A stretch of DNA of 64,000 bases from a bacterium (GCA_037200965.1 JBBCGK010000001.1:576001-640000); one strand, 5' to 3'. Shown: positions 46,621 through 56,890, counted from the stretch's first letter. A program made the numbers and translations. Notes: generated by a model from the sequence alone, not told the origin.

Positions 46621-48036
46621 CTATTCATCCGACGCTTTCACGTCGCGCGCTTCCTCGGCGTCGGCCTTGGAGCCGTTGTCGGTGATCGCGGTCTCGTCCG
46701 CGACCGTAAGGCTCGAAGCCTCCGGATCGTCCTCATTGATGACCGACTCGCTTTCTGAAGGCTTGAGCCCTATCTCGGCGGACGGGTCCTCGGTCGGCAC
46801 ATGTGCCCGCTCGAGGCTTTCCTTAAGCGCGGCCCGGTCCGCCTTCTCGTCCCGTACGTTCGCAATGGAGATGCTCTCGCCGTCGGAGCCCGCGACGCTC
46901 GCGCCCCCGGTCGAGATGATGTCGATGTTCCAGCCCGTGAGCTTGGCGGCGAGGCGTACGTTCTGTCCGCCGCGGCCGATCGCAAGCGACTGCTGGTCCT
47001 CGCTCACCGTCACGATCGCGCGGTGGTCGGCCTCGTTAAGCTTCACCTCGATAGCTTCGGCGGGGGAGAGGGACTCCTTTATATAGGAGGCCTGGTCCTC
47101 GCTCCACTCGATGATGTCGATGCGCTCGCCTCCGAGTTCCGACATCACGGTAGAGACGCGGACGCCTCGTTGTCCGACAAGGGAGCCGACCGGATCGACG
47201 TGCGCCTCGGTCGAGGCGACGGCGATCTTCGTGCGGCTGCCCGCTTCACGCGCGAGTCCCTTCACTTCGATCGCGCCCGAAGCAAGTTCCGGAGCTTCCA
47301 TCTCGAAGAGCTTCAAGAGGAATTTCGGATGCGAGCGGGAAAGACGCAGGTATACGCCGCGGAATCCCTCGTCGACGGCGTAGAGATACGCGCGGATACG
47401 CTCTCCCGGGCGGAAGCGCTCGCCGGGAATTTGCTCCTCGTACGGGATGATGCCGGTCGCGCGACCGAGGTCGACGAAGACCGCGCCGCGCTCGACGCGC
47501 TGCGCAATGCCGGAAACGATCTCTCCTTTCTTGTGCCCGAACTCCTCCATGATGGAGATCTTTTCCGCTTCGCGGATCTTCTGTATCACCACCTGCTTCG
47601 CGGTCTGTGCCGCGATGCGGCCGAAGTCGTCCTGCGGCTCGAGCGGGAAGACGATCTCCTCGCCAAGCGCCGCGTCGCGCTTGATGCGCTTCGCGTCCTC
47701 AAGAAGCATGTGCTTCTCCGCATCAAAGCGGGGAAGTTCGCCTTCGGCCACCTGTTCCTCTTCATGAAAATGTCCGTGATCGGATTCCGGCGCGGCTTCT
47801 TCGCCGTCTTCGGGAAAACGCACCATCGAAGCGTCGACGATGGTCTTTACCTGCTCGAAGGACACGGTGCCAGTGTCAAGCGAAAGCTTGGCGCGCACGA
47901 CCTGGCCACGCTTGCCGTATTCCTTCTTGTACGCGGTTGCCATGGCGACTTCGATCGCGTCGATCATGGTCGCTTTGGAGATGCCGCGCTCTTCGAATTC
48001 CGTGAAAACCGAATTGATCGTCTTGAGATCCAACAT
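46621..48036 (-). CDS. nusA: transcription termination/antitermination factor NusA
   Basis: N-terminal domain, S1 and KH domains (GRGGQNVRLAAKLTGWNIDI), and an acidic tail. Confidence 0.9.
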   Translation of the reverse strand: MLDLKTINSVFTEFEERGISKATMIDAIEVAMATAYKKEYGKRGQVVRAKLSLDTGTVSFEQVKTIVDASMVRFPEDGEEAAPESDHGHFHEEEQVAEGELPRFDAEKHMLLEDAKRIKRDAALGEEIVFPLEPQDDFGRIAAQTAKQVVIQKIREAEKISIMEEFGHKKGEIVSGIAQRVERGAVFVDLGRATGIIPYEEQIPGERFRPGERIRAYLYAVDEGFRGVYLRLSRSHPKFLLKLFEMEAPELASGAIEVKGLAREAGSRTKIAVASTEAHVDPVGSLVGQRGVRVSTVMSELGGERIDIIEWSEDQASYIKESLSPAEAIEVKLNEADHRAIVTVSEDQQSLAIGRGGQNVRLAAKLTGWNIDIISTGGASVAGSDGESISIANVRDEKADRAALKESLERAHVPTEDPSAEIGLKPSESESVINEDDPEASSLTVADETAITDNGSKADAEEARDVKASDE

Positions 48037-48188
48037 ATATAGGGGGTGTTATAGGGTGTGTAGTAGCGTTTTCCAAAACGGAAGCCCGCTTCCGCGGGCT
48101 TCCGTAACGGTCGTGCTGTACGGAAAAGATAGCACGGACGGGGAGCGCGCGTCAAACTATATACCGCCGCCAGTGCATGCTTCGCCTG

Positions 48189-48216
48189 TTGACGAAAGAG
48201 CTACTATGGCTATAAT
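48189..48216 (+). promoter_or_regulatory. sigma70-like promoter TTGACG-16 nt-TATAAT
   Basis: Near-consensus boxes. The -10 box ends 7 nt before the antitoxin ATG at 48224, suggesting a leaderless or short-leader transcript. Confidence 0.45.
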
Positions 48217-48223
48217 GGCTCGT

Positions 48224-48499
48224 ATGACCAAAACGCTCATCAATGAAAATATGATCGACGCGCGGGAGGCGAAGAATAACTTCGGCGCGCTTATCGACGC
48301 CGCGCAGCGCCGCCCTATCATCATCCGCAAGCACGGGCGCAAGGTCGCCGTCATGCTCTCGCCGGAGGAATTCGCGCTTTTCGAGCGCATGGAGGACATC
48401 GTGTGGGGAAAGAAGGCGATGGCGGCACTCAAAAAGAACGATTTTCTCGGTCCGGCCGCGTCCAAACGCGTTCTCGACAAGTACCGCAATGCGGCTTGA
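48224..48499 (+). CDS. type II antitoxin, Phd/YefM family
   Basis: Sequence MTKTLINENMIDAREAKNNFGALIDAAQRRPIIIRKHGRKVAVMLSPEEFALFE. Confidence 0.65.
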   Translation: MTKTLINENMIDAREAKNNFGALIDAAQRRPIIIRKHGRKVAVMLSPEEFALFERMEDIVWGKKAMAALKKNDFLGPAASKRVLDKYRNAA

Positions 48500-48758
48500 G
48501 CTTTCCAAAGCATTAGACCGTTTCCTCGCCCGCATTCCGAAGAAACACGCGGGCCAAATTACCCGTAAGATCGACGAGTTGCTGATCAATCCCTATCCCA
48601 TAGACAGCAAGCTCCTGTCCGGCATCCCTCTGTATCGCGTCGATGTAGGCGAATACCGGATAGCGTACCGCGCGTATACGACTATGCTCGTCGTGGTTCT
48701 TGTTGGTAAGCGAAACGACGGCGATGTTTACCGCCGCCTGGCGAGGATGTTCCGTTAG
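48489..48758 (+). CDS. type II toxin, RelE/ParE family
   Basis: Sequence GEYRIAYRAYTTMLVVVLVGKRNDGDVY. It overlaps the antitoxin by 11 nt. Confidence 0.65.
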   Translation: MRLELSKALDRFLARIPKKHAGQITRKIDELLINPYPIDSKLLSGIPLYRVDVGEYRIAYRAYTTMLVVVLVGKRNDGDVYRRLARMFR

Positions 48759-48775
48759 CTTTTCATTTTTAGCGC

Positions 48776-50557
48776 ATGAAACCGGAAGTTTCCGCGTTAT
48801 ACTTCCTATACACAGACATGCACGTACCGGAACAACAGCTTACGCAATTCATCATCGATTCGGGGCTGGTATCCCGGAAGGATGTTGATAATGCGCACGC
48901 GGAAGCGAGGGAGCGCGGCCGATCCGTCGGCGATGTTCTCGTCCTTCGCGGGCATCTTTCCGAAGACGACCTGCGGCGTACCGCGTCCTATGTCCTTGGT
49001 ATCCCGTTCGTTCAGTTCGCCGGGAAACAGATCCCTCCCGATATTCTTCTGCTTATTCCCGAGCCCGTCGCCCGGGCGCATAACGTCATAGCGCTTGATG
49101 CGGACGAGAGCGGTATCGAAGTCGCCCTTCTCGACATCGACGACCTTGCGTCGCTTGACGCGCTCCGGGAGAAGACCGGGCGCGCCATCCGCCCCCGCCT
49201 TACGGACACCGGATCGATCCGCTCCGCGCTTATGCAATACCAGAAGGCTCTTCAGAAAGAGTTCGGCGCGATCATCTCCACCGAATCGAATCTGCTCGAC
49301 GCTGCCGGTCTTGTCGAAGGCGCCTCTAGGGAAGAAATAACGCGTTTGGCGGAAGACCCCTCGATCGCGCGCATCGTCGATGCGCTTTTGCGCCACGCGA
49401 TCGTGCAAAACGCGTCTGACGTGCATGTCGAACCGGCGGAAGGAGGAACGCTCGTCCGCTACCGCATCGACGGCGCTCTCCATGACGCCATGTCCCTTCC
49501 GGGAAACATCGCTCCGCGCATCATCGCCCGCATCAAGCTGCTTGCCGCGCTCGATCTTCACGAACGGCGCCTGCCGCAGGACGGACGGTTCAGGATGGAG
49601 ACGGAAAAAGATACGACATCGTTTCGCGTATCGACGCTCCAGACGGACCGCGGCGAGAAGCTCGTGCTGCGCCTCCTTCGCGAAACCGCCGAAGGATTTA
49701 CGCTCGAGACGCTCGGTTTCCACGGAGAGGGGCTTGAGCATCTACACAAGGCGCTCCGGGAACGAAGCGGGCTTATTCTCGTCGCGGGGCCTTCCGGTTC
49801 GGGCAGGACGACCACGCTCTATACGCTTCTCGACATACTGAACGCGCCGGAACGGAGCATCGCGACCATAGAAGAGCGCGTCGAATACCGGATGAAGCGC
49901 GTGAGCCAGACGCAAGTGGACGTGTCGGCAGGATTCGGCTTCGCAAACGGCCTGCGCGCGATCCTTCGCCAGGATCCCGATGTCGTCATGGTAGGCGACA
50001 TAGGGGATGCCGAGACCGCCGCGCTTGCGATAAGCGCGGCGCTATCCGGACGCCTCGTGCTCGGGGCGATATCGGCCGGGAGCGCCGCAGCGGCCATCTC
50101 CCGCCTCATAGCTGTGGGGGCGGATCCGTCCTCGCTTGCCGCTTCCCTTAAGGCAGTGATCGCCCAGCGGCTTGCGCGCCGGTTGTGTGATGAGAAAGAA
50201 ACGTACGTTTTGAATACAAAAGAGCGGGCGCCGGTTGCTCCGGAAGAGAGCTTCCGCGCCGCACTCGGAGCACTTCAGGAAGAGAGGGTCGCGAAGAGCG
50301 GTGTTTTTCTCGACACCGTCCCGTTTCCCCGCGCGAAGCCGTCTGCCGAGTGTATGGACGGGTTTAAGGGGTACGTCGGCCTTCAGGAAATCCTTCCCGT
50401 ATCTTCCGCAATCCGTGATCTCATTGTTCGCGAAGGAACGAACGAGGAGATAGAAGGACAAGCCGTAAGAGAAGGCATGCTCATGCTTTTTGAAGACGGT
50501 CTGTATAAGGTGATGCGGGGGATGACGAGCCTCGAGGAAGTGGCGGGTACGATATAG
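48776..50557 (+). CDS. GspE/PilB-family secretion/pilus assembly ATPase
   Basis: N-terminal GspE_N-like domain and Walker A LILVAGPSGSGRTTTLY. The C-terminal region is conserved. Confidence 0.8.
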   Translation: MKPEVSALYFLYTDMHVPEQQLTQFIIDSGLVSRKDVDNAHAEARERGRSVGDVLVLRGHLSEDDLRRTASYVLGIPFVQFAGKQIPPDILLLIPEPVARAHNVIALDADESGIEVALLDIDDLASLDALREKTGRAIRPRLTDTGSIRSALMQYQKALQKEFGAIISTESNLLDAAGLVEGASREEITRLAEDPSIARIVDALLRHAIVQNASDVHVEPAEGGTLVRYRIDGALHDAMSLPGNIAPRIIARIKLLAALDLHERRLPQDGRFRMETEKDTTSFRVSTLQTDRGEKLVLRLLRETAEGFTLETLGFHGEGLEHLHKALRERSGLILVAGPSGSGRTTTLYTLLDILNAPERSIATIEERVEYRMKRVSQTQVDVSAGFGFANGLRAILRQDPDVVMVGDIGDAETAALAISAALSGRLVLGAISAGSAAAAISRLIAVGADPSSLAASLKAVIAQRLARRLCDEKETYVLNTKERAPVAPEESFRAALGALQEERVAKSGVFLDTVPFPRAKPSAECMDGFKGYVGLQEILPVSSAIRDLIVREGTNEEIEGQAVREGMLMLFEDGLYKVMRGMTSLEEVAGTI

Positions 50558-50565
50558 TTATAGGC

Positions 50566-51423
50566 ATGAAGGAGGGAATGCCTGGTACCGGTAAGAACAC
50601 CCAGTCGCAATCGGAGCCGGAAAGGATCGATCGGCGGGTATTTCTTCGCGGCGTTCTTGCTGGCGGCGCTGCGGTGGCCGCAGGCCCGCTTGCTCCTCAG
50701 GAAGCGCAAGCGTCGACAGCGCAAGAGATCCACGAAGGGATGAAAAACGTCGCGGAACTCGAGACGGAAAACGCGAAATACAAGATCGTCTATTCGCTGC
50801 ATAACATCCCCACCAATCCCGGCGTGCTGGAAAGAAGCGACGCCTTGGTGCTTGAAATGACCGACATCAACGATGGGGAGATAGCAAAATCTGAGGTTAC
50901 TACGCATATGAACGGACATTCGGGGGCTAGCGGCAAATTGCAGTATCAGGACGTACTACCCACCGCTCTTGATCGAGGGATGCCGGTATATTTTGCAGAT
51001 GCGATGGGTTTTTCCGAAGAAGCGGTCTTCAGCGAAATGATTAAACGAGAGGTTATCACTCAAGCTGAAGGAACGGTGGGTATAGGAGCGTTGGTTGGTG
51101 GGGCCATCTCCCTTAAGAAGAATCAAAGCAGACCGGATAGAAGGAAGTTGCTGGGCGGCATCGCCGGGTTGACGAGCGGAATTTGGCTCAATATGCCAAG
51201 AGCGGAAAATCTCGTGCAACGAGCGCTGTATGCGGACAACACGCGGGAACCGGAAGAGGGCTCGCTCTACCGGACGATCGATAAGAAATTGACTGATGCG
51301 AATTACCATCTCCATCCCGAAACCCGTACCAAGGTCCGCGATGTTCGTAATACGCTCATAGCCCAAAAAGCGGAGAAACTCGGCAAATGGCTGACGGCAA
51401 AGCTCGACAAGAAACCGACCTAA
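50566..51423 (+). CDS. hypothetical secreted protein with twin-arginine-like signal (DRRVFLRGVLAGGAAVAA)
   Basis: 285-aa ORF. Confidence 0.45.
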   Translation: MKEGMPGTGKNTQSQSEPERIDRRVFLRGVLAGGAAVAAGPLAPQEAQASTAQEIHEGMKNVAELETENAKYKIVYSLHNIPTNPGVLERSDALVLEMTDINDGEIAKSEVTTHMNGHSGASGKLQYQDVLPTALDRGMPVYFADAMGFSEEAVFSEMIKREVITQAEGTVGIGALVGGAISLKKNQSRPDRRKLLGGIAGLTSGIWLNMPRAENLVQRALYADNTREPEEGSLYRTIDKKLTDANYHLHPETRTKVRDVRNTLIAQKAEKLGKWLTAKLDKKPT

Positions 51424-51639
51424 CACTTCTCATCGGGGGTGCGCATACGAGGATCGAGCGGGAGCTTGCGCGAACCGAAGAAGAAAGAGTGGAGGAATTG
51501 AAGAACATCCTCGGTCCATCGTTTAAGGCACAAGGCGCGGTCGTGAAGGTCTGGAAAGAGAACGGCCGCCTACAAAGCAAAGTCTTTACCGACGAAGCGT
51601 TCGAATAGGCCGTTTCTCGTGCCTGCTATACTTGAGTAT

Positions 51640-52383
51640 ATGCTCATCGTCGCGAACTGGAAGGCGTATGTGGCGAGCGAAGAGAAGGCGAGGAAGCTCT
51701 TCACGCTCGCGAAACGGCTCGCGAAACAGCCGAAGATAAAGATCGCGCTCGCCCCGCCCGCTCCGTACCTGGGGCTTTTCGCAAGTTTCAAAAAGTCGAA
51801 AATTTGGCTTGCCGCGCAGGATGTCTCGGAGGCGACTGGCGGGGCCGAAACCGGGGAGGTTCCCGCCCAGTTTCTTTCGGGCCTGGGCGTTTCATACGTG
51901 ATAATCGGGCACTCGGAACGGAGGGCGAGGGGCGAAACGCTCGAAGCGGTCGCCGTAAAGATGCAGCGGGCAAGCGCACAGGGATTAAAGCCGATTCTTT
52001 GCATCGGAGAAAAGGAGCGGGATCATAACGCGGCGTATCTCGCGCTTCTTCGCCAGCAGATCACCAGCGCGCTCGAGCCGCTTACCCAAAAAGAGCGCAT
52101 GAGCGTTACGATCGCGTACGAGCCCGTATGGGCCATAGGAAAATCCGCGGCTGACGCCATCACGCCGCCCGATCTGCATGAAATGGTGCTCTATATACGG
52201 AAAGTCTTGGCCGATCTCGTCCCCGGACGCGCCAACGCGCGCATTCCTATTCTCTACGGCGGTTCGGCGGAAGCGGGGAATATCCGGCTTCTTGCGGCCG
52301 GCAGCGGTATCGACGGATTCCTGGTCGGCCATGCTTCAGCCGATCCGGAGATGTTTTCGGAGTTGGTAAGAGCATTAGCATAG
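51640..52383 (+). CDS. tpiA: triosephosphate isomerase
   Basis: Motifs ANWK, GHSERR and AYEPVWAIG. The start may be GTG at 51619 or ATG at 51640. Confidence 0.9.
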   Translation: MLIVANWKAYVASEEKARKLFTLAKRLAKQPKIKIALAPPAPYLGLFASFKKSKIWLAAQDVSEATGGAETGEVPAQFLSGLGVSYVIIGHSERRARGETLEAVAVKMQRASAQGLKPILCIGEKERDHNAAYLALLRQQITSALEPLTQKERMSVTIAYEPVWAIGKSAADAITPPDLHEMVLYIRKVLADLVPGRANARIPILYGGSAEAGNIRLLAAGSGIDGFLVGHASADPEMFSELVRALA

Positions 52384-52439
52384 TAAGTTCATATAAAAAG
52401 TAACGGTGCACCGGCCAGAAGCCAGCACACCGTTAGAAG

Positions 52440-53702
52440 TCAGGCCGCAACCGAAAGCCTTTCGGCGACGCGCCTAGGCACGTCGCTGTAGAAGCGCTTC
52501 GGCAGGGATATGCCATCTTTCACGCACCCGTTGTTGAACTTGTTGATCTGGTAGTTCACGCTGCCTTGCCAGATATCAACCAGCGATGCATCCCGCACAT
52601 TCGGATGGACGACGAAGTCGGGTGTGTCGTTTCCGGGGCATCTCCAGACGGCACCATCGTAGTGCAGATAGAGTCCGTGCGTGAGCTGATTGCACGGAGC
52701 GATGCCGATGTAGGATGCGGCGCCTTCATGGTACAGCTGTTCAAGGGTCATGACGCCGCGGGTGATGGCCCAAGTGTAGACGTCGACGGCGAGGTCGAGA
52801 TAGTCGTTCTCGAACTTCTCATCCGCAGCCGACCTCACCAGCTTATGGCCCTTGCCGCTCACCATGGTGGGCGGCATCACAACGGGGATATTTCGTTCGG
52901 TTCCCCACTGATAGAGCTCGAACGCGCCATGTACGTTTTCGCCCGTAACCGGAGCGCAGGCGATCTCGAGGCGCTGATGCAGGAGGTCGCCGTTCATCCC
53001 GAGTCCGCAGAGGCGCTCGATGGCGAGGTTCCGCGCCGCGTGATAGTCGAACCTGATATCGCGGAACTCGCGCAAGTTCTGCGGAATGAAGCGATTTTCA
53101 AGCTCGGGATCGAACGACCGTGCGCCGACGAGGAACGTGGTGTTTGGATATGCCGCAAGACGCCGGGTCAGGTCCTCCGATCCGATCCCGTGATAGTGCC
53201 GCGACAGATGGTCATTGCCCATGATTGCCGCCTTGGTGAAGATACCGGCGATGATGTTCCTTTTCGCCAGCTCATCGAGGATGAAGAAGAGCTTTGAATT
53301 CGCCAGCAGTTCTCCGGGACCGAGAAACTTCATCGACTCGAGCCCGAGCAGTTTCGCCTGGTCGACAACCCGCATGACTTCAGGAAGAGTCATGATCGGA
53401 TTGACCAATTCGGCGTTGTTGAAGCAGCCGGGACAGGCGTGCGGACACGGATAGTTCTTCACGAACGTGTCCTTCGCCTCTTTGGAACCGGGCGCATGCG
53501 CGTTGACCTTGGCCGCAAAACCGGCCTCGGGGATATTGAGATCGAGGGTAAGCATTTTCTTTACGCGCTTGCCTTCAATCTCAACGCTTTCCCCGATACG
53601 GCTTTCAGGGAAGCTCCATTTATACACCATCAATGCGTAGCCGTTCGGGATCTGGCCCTTGGGCGGCAGAATGGGCACAACGGCAGGGAATATGTTTTTC
53701 AT
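52440..53702 (-). CDS. radical SAM protein with Cys-rich C-terminal (SPASM/twitch-like) region
   Basis: Motifs CPHACPGCF (CxxxCxxC + aromatic) and GPGELL. C-terminal cysteines (APC, WRC, GCV). Confidence 0.7.
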   Translation of the reverse strand: MKNIFPAVVPILPPKGQIPNGYALMVYKWSFPESRIGESVEIEGKRVKKMLTLDLNIPEAGFAAKVNAHAPGSKEAKDTFVKNYPCPHACPGCFNNAELVNPIMTLPEVMRVVDQAKLLGLESMKFLGPGELLANSKLFFILDELAKRNIIAGIFTKAAIMGNDHLSRHYHGIGSEDLTRRLAAYPNTTFLVGARSFDPELENRFIPQNLREFRDIRFDYHAARNLAIERLCGLGMNGDLLHQRLEIACAPVTGENVHGAFELYQWGTERNIPVVMPPTMVSGKGHKLVRSAADEKFENDYLDLAVDVYTWAITRGVMTLEQLYHEGAASYIGIAPCNQLTHGLYLHYDGAVWRCPGNDTPDFVVHPNVRDASLVDIWQGSVNYQINKFNNGCVKDGISLPKRFYSDVPRRVAERLSVAA

Positions 53703-53874
53703 GACGGTAGCCTTTCGGGTTGGGTTGCCTTTCTTTCAAGAAGCTTCGCACTTCTTCCGCAAGTATATTTCTACAAGTCAAGGATGTCAATAGGTCGTAT
53801 GCTAAAATAGGGCTTACTTAAAGCATGTGCACAGTAGTGTGGAACGCGTTTGACACGAATATACCCTATAGAGT

Positions 53875-54678
53875 ATGATTAAACTCATGAAAAAAAGACA
53901 AGAGGACGCGTCAGAAACGCTTCTGTCTTTAGGGCTTTCAAGAAGGGAAGTAGGAGTGTATATCGCGCTTTTAGAGCTTGGACACGGGACGGTCACCCAG
54001 ATATCAAGAAAGGCGGGTATAAATAGGACGACTGGTTACGATATCCTTGATGCGTTAGCGCACAAGAACCTCGCGCGGCTCTCCGGTAAGGAGCCAAAGG
54101 AAGAATACGTGGCTGAATCTCCGGAAAAGCTCGTTACGCTGCTTGATGAGAAGCTGGCAGAGACACAAAAGCAGCTGATCCTTGCGAAGGAATTTCTCCC
54201 GCAACTCAAAGCGATGCATACGGTTCAGGATCGTCCGCAAGTACGGTTCTATGAGGGTGTCGAAGGACTCAAAGAAGTATATGAAGACACTTTGACTTCC
54301 CCGGAACCGATTCGTGCGTACGCCTGTATCGACGACATGCACAAGGCGCTCCCCAACTACTTTCCCGAGTACTATAAACGTCGCGCGCGCAAAGGCATCT
54401 CGATACGCGGCATAGTCCCCGAGACAAAAACGGCGATGGCGCAGGCTGCGTTTAATGCGGAGGAAAAACGCGATATAGCGTTCGTGCCTGCCGATAAGTA
54501 TTACTTCTCTCCGGAAATAAATATTTACGCTAATAAAGTTATGGTGGCATCGTGGCGCGAGAAGCTCGGCATCATCATAGAAAGCGCCGAGATCGCTGAT
54601 GCCATGAAAAAGATATATGAGCTGGCGTGGGCAGAAGCCAAGCGGCTTGATGCGGCGAACTCACCGGTGTCGACATAG
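53875..54678 (+). CDS. TrmB-family transcriptional regulator
   Basis: Sequence LGLSRREVGVYIALLELGHGTVTQISRKAGINRTTGYDILDALAHKNL. Confidence 0.75.
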   Translation: MIKLMKKRQEDASETLLSLGLSRREVGVYIALLELGHGTVTQISRKAGINRTTGYDILDALAHKNLARLSGKEPKEEYVAESPEKLVTLLDEKLAETQKQLILAKEFLPQLKAMHTVQDRPQVRFYEGVEGLKEVYEDTLTSPEPIRAYACIDDMHKALPNYFPEYYKRRARKGISIRGIVPETKTAMAQAAFNAEEKRDIAFVPADKYYFSPEINIYANKVMVASWREKLGIIIESAEIADAMKKIYELAWAEAKRLDAANSPVST

Positions 54679-54714
54679 GCAACGTCGAAGGAAGGAGCAG
54701 GTTACTATGTATCC

Positions 54715-55854
54715 ATGAAAAGCGTTCGCGATATTCCGGTGCTTGAAAACGTACCGGTATTCGTGCGCTCGTCGCTCAATGTTCCGTTGGTAGATGGAAA
54801 GGTAGCGAACGCGTACCGCATCAAGCACGCGCTTCCCACCATCGAATTCCTCCGGAAAGAGAACGCGCGCATTGTTATCGGAAGCCATATCGGGGAAGCG
54901 GGAACCGAGACGCTCGAGCCCGTATACCTCGCGCTCAAGCAGATGCTCCCCGGCGTCTCGTTCTGCCCGGTCTCTACGGGTCCCCGGGCGCGCGAAGCGG
55001 TGCGGGCGCTTCTGCCGGGCGAAGTTCTCGTGCTTGAGAACCTGCGCAGGAATCGGGGGGAAGTGATGAACGACATGGCGTTTGCCGAAGCGCTTGCCGA
55101 ACTCACGGATGTCTTTGTCGAAGATGCGTTCGATACCTGCCATCGCGAGCACGCATCGATAGTAAGCCTTCCGACGCTCCTGCCTTCGTATGCGGGGCTT
55201 CAGCTCATCGAGGAGATCGCCGAACTCTCGAAGGCGCTCAAACCGAAGGCCCCGTCGCTCGCGGTCATCGGCGGCGCGAAGTTCGGCACCAAGGAGCCCG
55301 TGATCCGCAAGCTTCTCTCCCTCTACACGCACGTGTTTGTGGGCGGCGCGCTTGCGAACGATTTTCTCGCAGCTAAGGGCTATCCCGTGGGAAAGTCGCT
55401 CGTTTCGGGCGGAGATGCCGCCGCTACTAAAGAACTCTTGGTGGATAAGAAACTGGTGCTTCCGCTCGATTCGCTCGTCTGCAAATCCGGCGGCGCGAAA
55501 ACGCCCGGACAGGCACGTATCGCGGGACTTGATGACGTTCAGGAAGACGAAACCATCCTCGATCACGGCCCGAAGACGAATGAAATGCTCGCGAGATTGG
55601 CAGCCGGCGCGAAGACGATTCTCTGGAACGGGCCGCTCGGCCAGTATGAGGCGGGCTTCACGGAAGCGACGGATGCGCTTGCGGTCGCCATCGCCGACTC
55701 AGGCGCGGAGTCATACATCGGGGGAGGAGACACGGAAGCTGCCATCGACTCGCTCGGCCTCAACCGCCGATTCACGTTCATATCGACCGGCGGCGGCGCG
55801 ATGCTTTCGTATCTTGCGAAGGGGACGCTTCCGGGGATTGAGGCGCTGGGCTAG
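54715..55854 (+). CDS. pgk: phosphoglycerate kinase
   Basis: Full-length match to the PGK domain architecture (GSHIGEAG...STGGGAMLSYL). Confidence 0.9.
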   Translation: MKSVRDIPVLENVPVFVRSSLNVPLVDGKVANAYRIKHALPTIEFLRKENARIVIGSHIGEAGTETLEPVYLALKQMLPGVSFCPVSTGPRAREAVRALLPGEVLVLENLRRNRGEVMNDMAFAEALAELTDVFVEDAFDTCHREHASIVSLPTLLPSYAGLQLIEEIAELSKALKPKAPSLAVIGGAKFGTKEPVIRKLLSLYTHVFVGGALANDFLAAKGYPVGKSLVSGGDAAATKELLVDKKLVLPLDSLVCKSGGAKTPGQARIAGLDDVQEDETILDHGPKTNEMLARLAAGAKTILWNGPLGQYEAGFTEATDALAVAIADSGAESYIGGGDTEAAIDSLGLNRRFTFISTGGGAMLSYLAKGTLPGIEALG

Positions 55855-56111
55855 GTTCCGTACAGGTTATGGTGCGTGTCGATGTCCGTGAGGACGATGG
55901 CGTCACCTACCATCTCGTAGATGAGTCGCCAATCGCCGGTCACGTTGATGCTTCGAAAGCCCGTCCATTCTCCCCGCAAGGGATGGTTGTTAAGTAGCGG
56001 GTTTTGAGGATCGGCCATAAACAGCCTAAGGCGCTCGACGAGCGCGCGGCGGATACCAGCCGGTAGGCGCGATACTCGTTTCTCAAACTGTCGTTTGCGG
56101 AGAACCTGCAT
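55851..56111 (-). CDS. type II toxin, RelE/YafQ family
   Basis: Sequence LLNNHPLRGEWTGFRSINVTGDWRLIYE. Confidence 0.65.
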   Translation of the reverse strand: MQVLRKRQFEKRVSRLPAGIRRALVERLRLFMADPQNPLLNNHPLRGEWTGFRSINVTGDWRLIYEMVGDAIVLTDIDTHHNLYGT

Positions 56112-56113
56112 GA

Positions 56114-56383
56114 CTATGCGCGTATGGCGCGCGCGAATTCTTCAAGGGACGAAGCGATGAAATGCTCCGGATGTTCGCGGTATTCGCGGCTAAGCGCTTC
56201 CCATTCGCGCAGCTTCTCCGGACGCGGTACAAGCGATACCTCGAACCGCCCGTCGGAAACGAACTGCGCGAGCTGCGCGTTCATAACGGTAGTAAGGGGA
56301 ATGCCGAGCTTCTGCGCGGTGCGCTTCGCGGCATCCCGGAGCTTTTTGTCAGTCTTGATGGTGATAGTTGTTTTCGTATTCAT
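56114..56383 (-). CDS. type II antitoxin, DinJ/RelB family
   Basis: Sequence ITIKTDKKLRDAAKRTAQKLGIPLTTVMNAQLAQFV. It lies directly upstream of the toxin gene. Confidence 0.6.
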   Translation of the reverse strand: MNTKTTITIKTDKKLRDAAKRTAQKLGIPLTTVMNAQLAQFVSDGRFEVSLVPRPEKLREWEALSREYREHPEHFIASSLEEFARAIRA

Positions 56384-56530
56384 ACCTATATACTACTTTG
56401 GGTATGAGCGTGCTGTCAATCCAATGCAGTTCAAATCTCGTCCGCGAGCCCGCGCACTTCACAAAACCGCCTATCTGGGCGGCTTTGTGTTTAAGAGAAC
56501 GGAATGTTTAAACCAGGTATACTTTTAGTT

Positions 56531-56890
56531 ATGGAAGACTGCATTTTCTGCAAAATAGTGAACCGAGAATCACCTGCCTCGGTAGTGTTTGAAGACGATA
56601 CCTCTATGGTAATTGAACCCATTGATCCTATTTCAAAAGGACATGTACTCGTGCTGCCCAAGAAACATTTTGTGAATATGCTCGATACCGACGACGAGAC
56701 GTTATCTCATCTTGCTGTCGTTTCCAAGAATGTCGGGCACACAGTGCTTGGAAAAAACAACGCTCACTCAATGAACCTTCTCCATGCCGCTGGGATGGAG
56801 GCGCAGCAATCCGTATTCCATCTCCACTTCCATATCGTGCCACGGTATGAGAATGATGGGCTGGATCTCTGGTTTAGGAACAGTCTCTAG
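56531..56890 (+). CDS. HIT-family (histidine triad) protein
   Basis: Sequence MEDCIFCKI...HLHFHIVPR. Confidence 0.8.
   Translation: MEDCIFCKIVNRESPASVVFEDDTSMVIEPIDPISKGHVLVLPKKHFVNMLDTDDETLSHLAVVSKNVGHTVLGKNNAHSMNLLHAAGMEAQQSVFHLHFHIVPRYENDGLDLWFRNSL

Noticed and set aside
51387-51608. 73-aa ORF between the Tat-signal protein gene and tpiA
   Set aside because: It overlaps the preceding gene by 37 nt and has no motif support. It is left uncalled.
15941-53790. Shared ACAAGTC/GACTTGT palindromic 'operator' upstream of TrmB-like genes
   Set aside because: It is found in only 3 of 6 intergenic regions, and the motif largely coincides with -35-like TTGACA/TTGTCA hexamers. It is more likely promoter boxes than a family-specific operator.
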